64,000 bases of DNA from Methanotrichaceae archaeon (GTDB taxonomy: Archaea > Halobacteriota > Methanosarcinia > Methanotrichales > Methanotrichaceae), in the NCBI GenBank assembly GCA_963754945.1, contig CAVWIG010000013.1:17352-81351 (forward strand), read 5' to 3'. This document shows positions 52,001-63,000 of the stretch, one piece after another. The notes below the pieces were generated by a model. It was not told where the DNA came from. It worked only from the letters and a program-made list of their open reading frames with translations, and searched no databases. Both the position numbers and the translations under genes were made by a program. Every line of letters starts with the position of its first letter. Position 1 is the stretch's first letter.

Positions 52001-52254
52001 GCTACATTTCTCCAGGTAATCGTAGTTATAGTATTATTCTAGAAACTATTTACGTTTACCCATCACATCGAGTCTTTGTTTCCACGATTCGAATTCTGTA
52101 ACTGAAATTCTAGGCTAAATGACCTTCAGCTTGAGGATTTCATGGACTTTACCTGCATATCCAGCCCGAAAACCAAATGAATCCAACTCATACCGAATGG
52201 GGGAGCGGAATTTACGATGACGATTCCTTCGACTGGATTGAACTACTACTTATT

Positions 52255-52600
52255 GCCCAATGTCAAAATTCTGAAAACCGCTTATATAATTGAGATCTGA
52301 ACGCAGGCTAGATTAGGATCCGAATTGCGGAGGCGACACCCGGTGTATGTCAACAATGCAGCAGGAATTCTTCGAAGTCCTTGCCAAGGCAAGAGTCTGG
52401 AGGATCTCAGAGGATTGAGCCCAAAGCTCGTCAGGTCTACAGAAGGTATTTGGACGAGCTTGGAAGACGCTGATGTTAAGGATCTGGGCCATTCACCAAA
52501 GAGTAAGCAGGTTGAACTATTATGCGTTGAGATTTGAACCAACGAGTTAGAATTTTGGAACTCTCCTTTGAGCGACTTCGGGAGCTTTCCATCGGTTGAC
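52255..52600 (+). ncRNA. Candidate structured RNA J
   Basis: caaaattctga/ttagaattttg, agatct-aacgca/tgcgtt-agattt, aagctcgtcaggt/atttggacgagctt and cttgcc/ggcaag. Confidence 0.45.
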
Positions 52601-52626
52601 CTAATAAGATAAGTACTTCTCAGAAA

Positions 52627-53217
52627 ATGTTTATTGCCTCATCCAACGTTCTCCATGCCATGGAACTAGACGCCTGCATAAAAGGAAGGAGAAGCATTCG
52701 AAAGTTTGAGGATAAACCCGTTCCCAAAGAAGTCATCGATGAATTGCTGGAAGCCGGAGTTTCCGCACCTTCAGGCATGAATGCCAAACCTTGGAGATTT
52801 GTTGTTATTGAAAACAGAGACGTCATCAGAAGATTATCTAAAATGACAAAAGAAATCTTATTGAAGGGACGATGGCCGGATAATCTCAAAGAATCTTTCA
52901 AATCAGAAAGAGATGTGATATTTTACGGTGCACCGTTATTGATTCTGATGTGCATTCCTAAGAAGGAAGACTGGAGGACGGTCAATCTATTGGACTGTGG
53001 TCTGGCCGCCCAAAATATGTTCCTCAAGGCGTACCAGGAAAGCCTCGGTAGTTGCTTTATAGGGTTTGCTAATTTCTTGAACCAGAATCCTAAGTTGCTG
53101 GCAGAAGTGGGTGTGCCTGAAGACCATGAGCTTATCGCTCCGTTGATCTTCGGTTATCCTGCGGAGAAACCAGCACCCAAATCACATGAAATTAAGATTC
53201 TAAATTGGATAAAATAG
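52627..53217 (+). CDS. Nitroreductase family protein
   Basis: RRSIRKF, APSGMNAKPWRF, DCGLAAQN, LGSCFIG. Confidence 0.93.
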   Translation: MFIASSNVLHAMELDACIKGRRSIRKFEDKPVPKEVIDELLEAGVSAPSGMNAKPWRFVVIENRDVIRRLSKMTKEILLKGRWPDNLKESFKSERDVIFYGAPLLILMCIPKKEDWRTVNLLDCGLAAQNMFLKAYQESLGSCFIGFANFLNQNPKLLAEVGVPEDHELIAPLIFGYPAEKPAPKSHEIKILNWIK

Positions 53218-53355
53218 TTGAAATTAGGGGCCGCATAAGCCTATTAATCCATTTTTCGGAAATCCATTGCAGCACGATTCGGGGTTTTTAAGAATCCTCC
53301 AGTGTCAACAAACTAAAATGGGGATCTATAAAAGGTATAAATACAATCGGCAGAA

Positions 53356-53949
53356 TTGCGTATGCAAGAAATGTGTGAGAAAAGCAAAAGCAATACCATA
53401 ACAGCATTCGCGCTACTTGCATTCTTAGTCTTACTAGGTTTCATGCTGACACCAGCTTATGCTCAATCGGACTTGTACAAGCTCGCAACGCTGAAACCAG
53501 CATACGATGACCTATTCGAAAGCGACGTGCAACACATATTAGACAGCTACCACTGGACCCACTCGTTCGTCACCGGCAACTTCTCCTGCTCGGACATTTC
53601 AATATATACAATGATGTTATTCGAAAAATACGGATACATAGCCGTATGCATCACAGATGAGGGGCCAGACAACAAATCGTTAAGTGGCGGACCACAGGGA
53701 CACATGTGGTTAGCTGTTGACGATCCAAGACACAAAGAAGCATGGATATTCATAGAAGGAGATGGTGGATTCTACCCTAACAAAGAACCAATGCCTCATT
53801 CGATCGGAACAATCGTCTATGACGACCAATACCAGATTGGATACATAACAACCGATCCACTAGCGTACATATTAAAATACGACTTGTCAAGACAACCGTG
53901 GAGACAACACTATAGTCTAAACGACACAAATGCACCACAACCTAATTGA
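53356..53949 (+). CDS. Secreted hypothetical protein, possibly transglutaminase-like fold
   Basis: Signal peptide; FSCSD...GHMW...FIE (Cys-His-Glu). Confidence 0.65.
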   Translation: MRMQEMCEKSKSNTITAFALLAFLVLLGFMLTPAYAQSDLYKLATLKPAYDDLFESDVQHILDSYHWTHSFVTGNFSCSDISIYTMMLFEKYGYIAVCITDEGPDNKSLSGGPQGHMWLAVDDPRHKEAWIFIEGDGGFYPNKEPMPHSIGTIVYDDQYQIGYITTDPLAYILKYDLSRQPWRQHYSLNDTNAPQPN

Positions 53950-54497
53950 CGTTAAATAGCAGATCGCATTCAGCAATTTCCTGTTACTGCTTTTTTTTCG
54001 TTCATCGCATTTGGCGATAAACCTTTTTTAAACGTGAAACATGCCCTTTGGAATCCCATATAATGACATTGCTAGGCTTGAGAATCTAGATGCCCCAATA
54101 CTATCATCCCAGGAGATTACATGCGAAGAGCGTAAGAGAAGGAGCGAAACGGACATTGTGAAGAAGCTCAAAGAAGGTACGTAGAAATGCCATTGAGTTT
54201 GATCTATGTCTGGCCCAAAGGTATCGGGGCTCAAGCGATTGTAACTATGAAAAAGAAAGAAAAGATCACCTCGTTTAGAGCTGAGTAGATCCATTTCCTC
54301 CAATGGCATCTGTATAGCTATAAGGCGGATATGATACGCTCATTCCAGTCCAATTCGCCTCAGGCATGTGGCCGGATACTTTTCCCTGAGCTTGTACAAT
54401 TATCGACTTTCCGCTAACAGGCTTATTAATCCTAACCTTCCAGCTTGCCTTAGCGGTTGACCCTGCCCTCATATCCCCTAAGGAAATGTTCCAGGAT

Positions 54498-54886
54498 CCG
54501 TACTTTCTTATAGCCTCGATAAAGGCCTGGTAGAGGGGAACGCTTCCAACGCTTAAGCTGGTGGCCTCGACCACTCGCCTGCGAATCTCGTGGAAGTCTC
54601 CTCCGGTCGATAGCTCCATGACGGTGTCCGCTCCAGTTTTCTCCGCCATGCGCGCCTTCTCCAACTCCATCTCCACATCCACGATATCACTGCTTGTTCC
54701 GATAGACGCGTTCACCTTGGTCCGAAGGCCCTTGCCAATGCCTACCGGTTTCGTGAACCTGTATGGGCTTCTGGGAATGACGACCCTGCCGCTCGCTATT
54801 CCTCTGCAGATGAACTCGGGCGTTTTCCCTTCCTCTTTCGCGACAACTATCATCTCTTCGGTTATCTTTCCAGCAACAGCATCCTC
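54498..54886 (-). pseudogene. thiC: ThiC N-terminal fragment fused to unrelated sequence
   Basis: GIGKGLRTKVNASIGTS, GADTVMELSTGG, GSVPLYQA; ThiC similarity stops after IRKYG. Boundaries approximate. Confidence 0.85.
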
Positions 54887-55140
54887 TAAATATGCTCAAA
54901 AAAATCACGGTAGATAGCATAGTATTATTTAAACATGTTTAAAAAACTAAATTTAACAAAAGGAAAGTTAACTTGTATTGGATTTGTTGCAGAAAACAGA
55001 AACGAATTATTTTCCTGGTCTGCCAGCAAATCTTGCCTTACCCTGTCCACAGCAATAGTGTTCCTGGCAGCAAGCCTTATCTATCAATTAAGCCGGTATC
55101 GGCTTTAGAGAATTAAGTGCAATAAAATTGAGGGTCACTA

Positions 55141-55935
55141 GTGTCGATTAATGCTTCAGATGTGCTGGAAAGAGTCAGAGCGCATAAGCCTGTAATTCAC
55201 CACCTGACAAACTGGGTAACAATTTACGACTGCGCCAACATCGTTAAAGTCTTCGGGGCATCACCTGTCATGGCCCATGCGAAGGAAGAGGTCGCAGACA
55301 TGGCTGGCATAGCGTCCGCCCTTGTCCTGAACATCGGCACGCTTACCCCTGATTTTATCGATGCTATGAAGCTGGCTGCCATTGCCGCAAACCGGAAAGG
55401 AATCCCAGTAGTTCTCGATGTCTGCGGTGCAGGCGCAACGAAACTCCGCGACGATGCGTGTTTCGATATTCTGGATAGTGTGAAAGTGAACATCATCAAA
55501 GGCAATGCTTCTGAAATAGCGAGAATTGCCGGCGAAAATGTCCAAACCAAAGGAGTCGATGCTGCTGCCGTCGAAAAGGACCTCCGGGAAGTCGCTGCGT
55601 CTCTAGCGAAGAGAAGGAGCTGCACTGTAGTCATTACCGGCAAAGAGGACATCGTAGCGGATGAGAGAAGGTTGGTGCTGGTGAAGAACGGCCACCAGAT
55701 GATGGCAGATATCGTCGGCACTGGATGCATGGCAGCATCGGTTATAGGAACGTTTGCCGCAGTCGAGAAGGATTTGGTCAGCGCATCGGTCGCCGGCCTT
55801 GTCTGCTTCGAGATCGCAGCCGAGATAGCAGCACGAGAAGCCAAAGGCCCGGGCACCTTCAAGGAGAGTCTGTACGATTCAGTGTACAGCCTGAACTCTG
55901 AAACAATAAACCGAATGCAGAGGATCGAAGAGTGA
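55141..55935 (+). CDS. thiM: Hydroxyethylthiazole kinase
   Basis: HHLTNWVT, GASPVMA, NIGTL, KGNASEI, GTGC. Confidence 0.96.
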   Translation: MSINASDVLERVRAHKPVIHHLTNWVTIYDCANIVKVFGASPVMAHAKEEVADMAGIASALVLNIGTLTPDFIDAMKLAAIAANRKGIPVVLDVCGAGATKLRDDACFDILDSVKVNIIKGNASEIARIAGENVQTKGVDAAAVEKDLREVAASLAKRRSCTVVITGKEDIVADERRLVLVKNGHQMMADIVGTGCMAASVIGTFAAVEKDLVSASVAGLVCFEIAAEIAAREAKGPGTFKESLYDSVYSLNSETINRMQRIEE

Positions 55936-56552
55936 AGGGCTACTATTTCATAACCGACTCCGACCTGAGTCGTGCAGGGAACATCAGTGATGTGAAACAG
56001 GCCGAGGCCTGCGGTGTTTGCGCTGTGCAGTACAGGAACAAAAATGCCGAAACCAGAGCGATGTACGAAGAAGCAGTCAGGCTAAAGGAGATATGCCGCG
56101 ATGCGCTCTTTCTGATCAACGACAGAATCGACATCGCCCTGGCTGTAGACGCCGATGGCGTCCACCTGGGGCAATCTGATATGCCCTACAGAGCAGCAAG
56201 GAAAATGCTGGGGCCTGAGAAGGTAATCGGTATAACTGTCCACAATCTAGCTGAAGCCGTGGAGGCTCAACGTTCGGGCGCTGACTATCTGGGCGTTTCG
56301 CCGATTTTCCAGACCGCGACGAAATCCGATGCGGGAAAGCCGTCGGGCATTGCCCTGATCGAGGAGATTCGAGCCCAGGTTGACATTCCCTTGATCGCTA
56401 TAGGTGGCATAAATCTCGCTAATGCGCCAGAGGTCGTCAGGGCAGGGGCAGATGGGTTGTGTGCCATATCAGCGGTTGTAGCCAAAGAAGATGTGAGTAG
56501 CGAGATCAAAAGGTTCCAGGAATTGTTCAGGATCTCTGAAACGACGTCATGA
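55932..56552 (+). CDS. thiE: Thiamine-phosphate synthase
   Basis: QYRNK, INDRID, DGVHLGQSD, TATK, AIGGI. Confidence 0.96.
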   Translation: MKGYYFITDSDLSRAGNISDVKQAEACGVCAVQYRNKNAETRAMYEEAVRLKEICRDALFLINDRIDIALAVDADGVHLGQSDMPYRAARKMLGPEKVIGITVHNLAEAVEAQRSGADYLGVSPIFQTATKSDAGKPSGIALIEEIRAQVDIPLIAIGGINLANAPEVVRAGADGLCAISAVVAKEDVSSEIKRFQELFRISETTS

Positions 56553-57035
56553 GTTACCAATTCCCGAGATCGAAATTCGTCAGATCGTGTGGCATTTTTG
56601 AGCTCTGTCGAGATTCTCGACTATTATTGCCTTTGATGATGTTCACTTTTCCACATTGGCATTTGAACAATTCACTTCCATCATCGACGATGTAAGCAAT
56701 GGGTAGTGAACTCTTGAGCACGAGGGCTATCGTTTAGTTTAACCGACTTTATCAAGTATCTGTCCTTGTAGGCTCCTAGATCAATGCCCATCAGGTAAGT
56801 TATGCAATGAATAGCCCAGGAGTTTAACGCCCAGGATAATACGAAAACCACAGCAAGGGGCTCCATGAAGTGGTACTGCCAGAATCCTGCGAGGGAACCC
56901 ACAAGCTCCATGTACCCTCCAATCGCAATGCTTACAACCATCAATGAGGCATTCCACTCTATAGAATGTTTAGTTGAGTACAGTAGTCCCAAGGCTGCCA
57001 TGAAGGCGTACAAAGCAAGGACTTCTCTGTTGGAA

Positions 57036-58594
57036 CCTTAACTTCGCGCATGTAGGGAATAAAATCGGTTTTCTAAGAGGCTTTTCTGGCTACCAATCAA
57101 TATTTAAGCGAAACTTTTATATATCATTATTCCCCATATACTGAACATGGAACCCTGGGCAAAAGAATGGCTTGAGGCTCAAAGAAATAAAGGAGTAAAA
57201 TGCCTTGAGATAAAGCAGCGCGGTGAAAAGCATTATATTTATCATTCTACCACCCATTGGGATAGAGAACAAAGAAAGGCGATAAAGACATCAAAATACT
57301 TAGGCAGATTGGACCGCGATGCAGGTTTCATTGATAGCAGAAAGGAAGAAACATCTCAATCTAAAAAGACCAAACCACCAGCTGTGAGAAGTGTTACCGA
57401 GTACGGAAATTCTGTTCTTCTCAATGAAGCGATGAAAGACATTAAACCGCTTCTGATGGAGGGATTCCCTGAGAACTGGGAACAGATCTATGCCCTCGCA
57501 ATGTTGCGGACATCTGGAAATGTTCCCTTGAAAAGAGTAGAAAGCTCATGGGAGAAATTATACAATGTTGAATTGATTGAGCCTGATCTCAAGCCAAATA
57601 GTTTATCTAGAATGTTACATTCTGTTGGAGTAAACCGTGAAGGGCAAGAAGTAGTCTTTAAAAGCCTCCTTGATCAGAGCCAACAACTTGTTTACGACCT
57701 GAGCTGCATGTTCTCACGTTCTATGAGCATAAGTCAAGCAGAGAAAGGCTACAACAAGGATAAAATCCACGTCCCTCAGATCAATATCGCCTTGCTTTGT
57801 AGCGCTAATTCAGGATCGCCCACGATGATAAGATCGCTACCGGGAAGCGTTAAAGACATAGCAACCTTGTACAACTCGATTCATGAGCTTGACCTTCACG
57901 ACAAAATGCTTATTCTTGACAGGGGATTCTTTTCTGAAGATGTTTTTACGTTCCTTGACGGTAGGAAGATCTCCTACCTAATTCCAGCCAGACGAAATAG
58001 CCACTACTATGATACTCGAATTCATCTCAATGGGCATTTCCGCTATCACGATCGTCTGATCAAATGTGGCAGCAGGAATGTTGGAGACAAGTATCTCTAT
58101 CTCTTTGAGGACCAGGTTCTGTTGTTTGAAGAGCAAAATACGCTTTATGAGCATTTAGACAAAAGAGAAATCACCAAAAATGAGCTTCAAGAAGACATGA
58201 AGCGGGCTGGACGCATTCTTATCCTGTCTAATCAGGAGATGTCTGAGCAGGAGGCGTACGAGCTCTACAAGAGAAGAGAAAACGTCGAAAAAAGGTTCGA
58301 TACCTACAAATCAACGCTGTCTGCGGATAGATTGTACCTGCAAGACAATGAGAGTGTCTTTGGGCATGTGTTCATAGCCTTTTTATCCCTCTACGCTTAC
58401 TGCAGGTTGGAATTGCTCTTAAAGAAGGCCAAACTGAATAAAAAGATGACACCTGTCGACCTGCTCTTTGAGTTCAGTAAAGTTTATCATATCGACTTTG
58501 GAGAAAATGGACGAGTCTTGGAAGTTCCTAAAAAAGTTAGAGAAATTGAGGCAAAGCTGGGATTGACGCTATTCCCCATGCAAGAAAGTTAAGG
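57036..58594 (+). mobile_element. IS1634-family element
   Basis: IRs ccttaactt / aagttaagg, with 6-bp TSD ttggaa. Confidence 0.92.
57147..58592 (+). CDS. IS1634-family transposase
   Basis: VYDLS, GYNKD, LDRGFFS, YKRRENVEKRF. Confidence 0.92.
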   Translation: MEPWAKEWLEAQRNKGVKCLEIKQRGEKHYIYHSTTHWDREQRKAIKTSKYLGRLDRDAGFIDSRKEETSQSKKTKPPAVRSVTEYGNSVLLNEAMKDIKPLLMEGFPENWEQIYALAMLRTSGNVPLKRVESSWEKLYNVELIEPDLKPNSLSRMLHSVGVNREGQEVVFKSLLDQSQQLVYDLSCMFSRSMSISQAEKGYNKDKIHVPQINIALLCSANSGSPTMIRSLPGSVKDIATLYNSIHELDLHDKMLILDRGFFSEDVFTFLDGRKISYLIPARRNSHYYDTRIHLNGHFRYHDRLIKCGSRNVGDKYLYLFEDQVLLFEEQNTLYEHLDKREITKNELQEDMKRAGRILILSNQEMSEQEAYELYKRRENVEKRFDTYKSTLSADRLYLQDNESVFGHVFIAFLSLYAYCRLELLLKKAKLNKKMTPVDLLFEFSKVYHIDFGENGRVLEVPKKVREIEAKLGLTLFPMQES

Positions 58595-60708
58595 TTGGAA
58601 ATGGCCAGATATCCTTCCCATAACATAAACGCAGCGAAGATGGCCGAAGTCAATAATATTGGTAGAATGTTCCATCCCTGAAGCTTCTTGAAGATCCCCA
58701 AGATAGAGAGCCACTCAGTCAGGAAATCAGATAAGTAGATGATCACGACCATCATCAGCATCCATCCCGATACAACGAAGAGGGAGACATCGGTGCTTCC
58801 GGTGTACCTAAGAAGCCCTGAAGATATATTGATATGTTCAGCTACAACCGAAACAAGAGCGGATGAAGCTAGCAACGCAACGAGATGAAGTGTTTTCATT
58901 CGTGCTGCTGCTATCACGCCCAGCGCAAAGGCCAGAAGGTAACTCAGATCAAACAGAAAAGTTGAACGCCATATGTATCCGTCAGCGTAAAAACCTGCGA
59001 TTGAGGCCAGGCCTAATAAAGCCATTATAGATATATTGGTCTTCCTTCGGGCTTTATCTTGATCTGTGTCTTTGAATTGGCTTATGTTAAGGTAAACGAA
59101 ATCATGCAAAATCTCTAGAAATGCCGGGGTAAGGTAACGAAAACCTGGCAGACGGGCTAGGTCGTAGAGGAAAAAGTCTGCACCGATGTTGAACAGAGTT
59201 TGCCACCCGGGCAGCCTCAGCAGAAGTTCGATGCACCATTCGTAAAAATCCTTAACCTTTGGTTCAGGTCGGTTCCAGTTTCCGTCCTTGCCATTGTCGT
59301 GTTTGTAGGGAAGATCGTCTAGGTTGTATCTCTTGGATGCATCTCCGAGTCCACGTTCATTTGCGATCTTGAGATGGTTTATGTCCATTGGATCATAACC
59401 CATTAGCTGACAGGCAATTGCATCCGCGGTCACTACATCGTTCGAGGCGATGATCGTCTGAAAATTGAGGGGCGTGCAGCTTAATGGGCCAATCGCTTCA
59501 CCTCCGATGCTGCCGTCAATTATCGTTAGGTTGGGCGTGAAGGCCAGGTTTATTTCGTATATCACATTCTCTATCGTCTTGCGGTGGAACTTTGCCTTAT
59601 CGATATCCGGAAATGTGCCGTACATGTTCTTCATGCCGAGGGTGACGCCTGTCAGCAAGTGCGTCTTCATTACAGGCACAGAGATTATGACGTCTGCATC
59701 GACGAGCTCTTTTGAGATCCTTTCCACGCCTACGGCACTTTCATTTCCAAAGTCGAACCAGACGAGCTCTGTATCCGCTAGGTTTAGTAGCCTGACACCT
59801 TTCTTCTTAGCCCAGTCAACCCAGCCTGAATCGGATGCTGCCTGCCAAAATTTTGTCCAGATCATGTCAGAGTCCACGATCGATGGCTCGGCCCCGACAG
59901 ACCTTAAGAGGTCTACCAGCTCGCCAACCACCTCCGTGCCTGTAAATGTGCCCTTAATTTCGGGTACACCACCACAAATATTGACTTTTATGACTACCCG
60001 GTCCCCTTTTTTGACAAACTCCTGGATGCCCCCCAATGAATCTAGGGCACTCCTAACGCACTTCTTTACGTTCGGATCTCTGGCTACTCTGTAGACCGAA
60101 TTCGCTGTCTTGTGCCGACTTTTGACATCCGAGTAAGAGCATACATTCTTTGTAACGCGCCTGTGTTTGGACAAAAGAAGGACGGTGGCGTAGCCAAAGA
60201 AGATCCAGAAAGGATATAGAAGGAATAAAACGACGACCACAATCACAGGAACTTCCGCTTTGGAGATTCCTGTGAGGTTTGTATGAAACATGAATTCTGA
60301 GCCTTTCATGCCTGTGAAGAAGGGAAAAACACTACGAAGTATGTCAGCATACAGGAGGGATGAGAACAATATAAAAATCAATGCAATTGCAATTCCGACC
60401 ACTATCTTAGCGTGTCTATCCCACTCGAGCCTTTTACCAGCAAAAAAGATCAGTATGCCTGATAGAAAGAGCAAAGGAGGATCTATTATAAAACTCATTT
60501 GTAATTTTCCCCTCAAATTTTTATTTCTAGAGAATGATATCATTAAATGATATATAAGCTTAATTCACGATATCCTGGCCATGGGCATACAAACAGATGT
60601 AGCTTAACAATCAATCTCAAGCGATCAACCTATTATAAGGCAAATCTTACAATCACCATTTATTAATACTAATAGATACACTTCATCATCAATCGAGCGC
60701 GGATATCG

Positions 60709-61263
60709 ATGAGGAATAATATGAAGATCCGACAGTTCTTATCTCTAATAACGCTGTTATCGCTTGCACCAGTTATCGCGTCTGGTTTTTCCGATAAGAT
60801 AGATGTAGGGCCGTTCGCCGTTGGATTTGCCATAAATGCCTCAGTACAACCCACCATTAATACCAGCGCACCTATCAAACAGAGTGGCTTAGATGAATAC
60901 AGATTCGAAATTAAAACGGCCCCTTTGAGCCCAAAGGCGATCAACGTCACGATCGATGATTACCAGAACAGCACGAACGCTTCGGAAACAAGGCTTATGA
61001 ACTTGGTGACAGAGATGATCAAATCAAATTCCTACAAACTCGACTGGAATAAGGTTAGTATAGGGAGTATTCCAGGAGTTATGGCTCAGGTCCAAGATTC
61101 TGAATCTTTTGCGTCCTATTCTATTGCAGCATATAGCCCTGACGGAGATGGCAAGAAAGGCAATACAATAGTATTGATAGAATCGTCTTTAACTAGAGAC
61201 GTTACAAACTCATTCCTGAAAGATCTCAAGATTCAGCGAAAGCAGCTTAATAGTCCTGAGTGA
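60709..61263 (+). CDS. Secreted hypothetical protein
   Basis: Signal peptide, 184 aa. Confidence 0.7.
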   Translation: MRNNMKIRQFLSLITLLSLAPVIASGFSDKIDVGPFAVGFAINASVQPTINTSAPIKQSGLDEYRFEIKTAPLSPKAINVTIDDYQNSTNASETRLMNLVTEMIKSNSYKLDWNKVSIGSIPGVMAQVQDSESFASYSIAAYSPDGDGKKGNTIVLIESSLTRDVTNSFLKDLKIQRKQLNSPE

Positions 61264-61457
61264 TCCGTGGGACAACACCATCCAGTTAGTAAAAAGGAGT
61301 GAGTGACGATCATAAAATCAGTCGCACACCGGATTGACGAACTTCTGGAGTTGTACGGCAGCTCATGTTGGGCGATTCCTACCTTTATCAGCGCTGTGCA
61401 GACGACAATGCCATTCAGCCTACGAGGAAATCCCCTAGACACCTTCACGTTTGGCCG

Positions 61458-62141
61458 CTAAGCCTGATATCTCCTCAAATATTCCTCAATGTACTTCCTG
61501 ACTTTATCTCCCTTGTAAACTCCCGCATGACCCTCGCACAGCACGTCAGCCTTCAGCGCTAATAGCTTCCCCATGGATTTCCTCCACTGGGTCAGATCAG
61601 AACCCCAAGCAGGCGAAAACGGACCGTGAATGTCCTGCCCGAACAGGACCCTTCCGTCTTTGGTATCGATGTAAGGAGAGACGCTCCCTGGAGTGTGGCC
61701 TGGTGTGTGAACGAAGTTGAACTCGACGTCGCCCAGACGGAGCTTCTCGGCCTCGCCTTTGATCAAGATATCCACCTTGACCGGCTGGTAGTCTATTCCG
61801 TACATGTTGGCAGCCGTCAGATCATTGTTCTCTCCCTCGATTCCTGACCGGTCGAGCTCGTGAGCTATGACCTTCGAGCCGTACCTTTGCACCAGCGGTT
61901 TCAGGCCGCCGATATGATCTATGTGGCAGTGAGTGGCTATGATATGCCAAATCTGGGCTGGCTCAAAGCCCGCTGACCTGATGTTCTTCTCTATCCGATC
62001 AATGCTCAGTCCCGCACCTGAATCGATGAGGACCAGCTCGCTAGAAGCGTCCACCAGGTAAACACAAGCGTCCTCGGGACCGGACAGGCCGGAACCGCCA
62101 ACGGCATACACCCTATCGCAGATCTCTAATGCTTTGCTCAT
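61458..62141 (-). CDS. Metallo-beta-lactamase-fold hydrolase
   Basis: THCHIDH, TPGHTPG, CEGH. Confidence 0.92.
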   Translation of the reverse strand: MSKALEICDRVYAVGGSGLSGPEDACVYLVDASSELVLIDSGAGLSIDRIEKNIRSAGFEPAQIWHIIATHCHIDHIGGLKPLVQRYGSKVIAHELDRSGIEGENNDLTAANMYGIDYQPVKVDILIKGEAEKLRLGDVEFNFVHTPGHTPGSVSPYIDTKDGRVLFGQDIHGPFSPAWGSDLTQWRKSMGKLLALKADVLCEGHAGVYKGDKVRKYIEEYLRRYQA

Positions 62142-62201
62142 CCCATCAACCTTGAGTCAAACTGAGAGTAGATTCAATACTTAGATTGGCTACTATTTTG
62201 C

Positions 62202-62891
62202 TTAGGCTTCTTTTTCGGCTTCCCTGCTGATTGTTCGAAGCTTTCTGATGCTTGCATAATACTCAAGCAGCAAGATGGCGGCCATGATTGCGAGCAGGGC
62301 GAAGATCCTCTTCAGGGCATCAGGAGCGCTCACCTTGTAGTAGTCCACCTCTATCACCTGTCCGGGCGGGTTGTTCCAGGTCAGAACAGTCTCGTTTTTA
62401 TCTACTGTGACCTTGTCGGGGTCCGGCCTGGCTATTCCCAGGATGCGGTCTCCTGTGGTGTAGCCTGGTGGAAGAATCAAGCGCACCGATCCGTTGTCAC
62501 GGAGTGGGAGGATAAACTGCTGCCCGAGGTGTGGCACGGTGTAGACCAGGTTGCCTGTCACCCGCTTTTCGAAGTCTACCCGGTAAATATTGTCTCCCCT
62601 CCAAAAGGAGTAGCTAGTATTCACCACCGTCATCTTGCCGTCCGGAGTCAGAAGGCTGATGTTATCCGTCTTCTGGCTGATGGTGACGTTGAAGCTTGTC
62701 CCATTTATGGGCTGAGTGACCACCATATCCGATAGGCTTAGCTTGTAGGTAGTTCCGTTGAACTCTTCAGCCTGGACTATGCATAGGCAGAATGGGACTA
62801 AGGTCAGCAAGACGACTAAGAATGCTTTTTTCATGGACAAGAGCGACAAACGATTATTCACCTGCGGGTTCTTATAATTTGGCCTGGTCAT
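62202..62891 (-). CDS. Membrane-anchored exported protein (DUF5803-like)
   Basis: Signal peptide, LPPGY..G..LG...P and a C-terminal TM helix. Start probably at MKKAFL. Confidence 0.65.
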   Translation of the reverse strand: MTRPNYKNPQVNNRLSLLSMKKAFLVVLLTLVPFCLCIVQAEEFNGTTYKLSLSDMVVTQPINGTSFNVTISQKTDNISLLTPDGKMTVVNTSYSFWRGDNIYRVDFEKRVTGNLVYTVPHLGQQFILPLRDNGSVRLILPPGYTTGDRILGIARPDPDKVTVDKNETVLTWNNPPGQVIEVDYYKVSAPDALKRIFALLAIMAAILLLEYYASIRKLRTISREAEKEA

Positions 62892-63000
62892 AGAGCCATT
62901 CAGATTGGCTAACTCAGTAACTACTCTAAAAAATCTGTCATTATATAAACAAAATCAGGCATAATCGCACCTGGTCCGATTAATTGATATTCGATGTAGC

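Larger units (their letters stand above)
56681..60498 (-). pseudogene. DUF362-domain multi-pass membrane protein interrupted by IS1634
   Basis: KVNI, PVMKTH..GVTLGMKN, DGSIGGE..GP. Removing the IS and one TSD rejoins YLAISN-REVLALYAF in frame. Confidence 0.88.

Noticed and set aside
54950-55140. TPP riboswitch upstream of thiM
   Set aside because: The conserved GCUGAGA and CUGAU...GCG.AGG motifs are not present; only a ttgctg-like inverted repeat.
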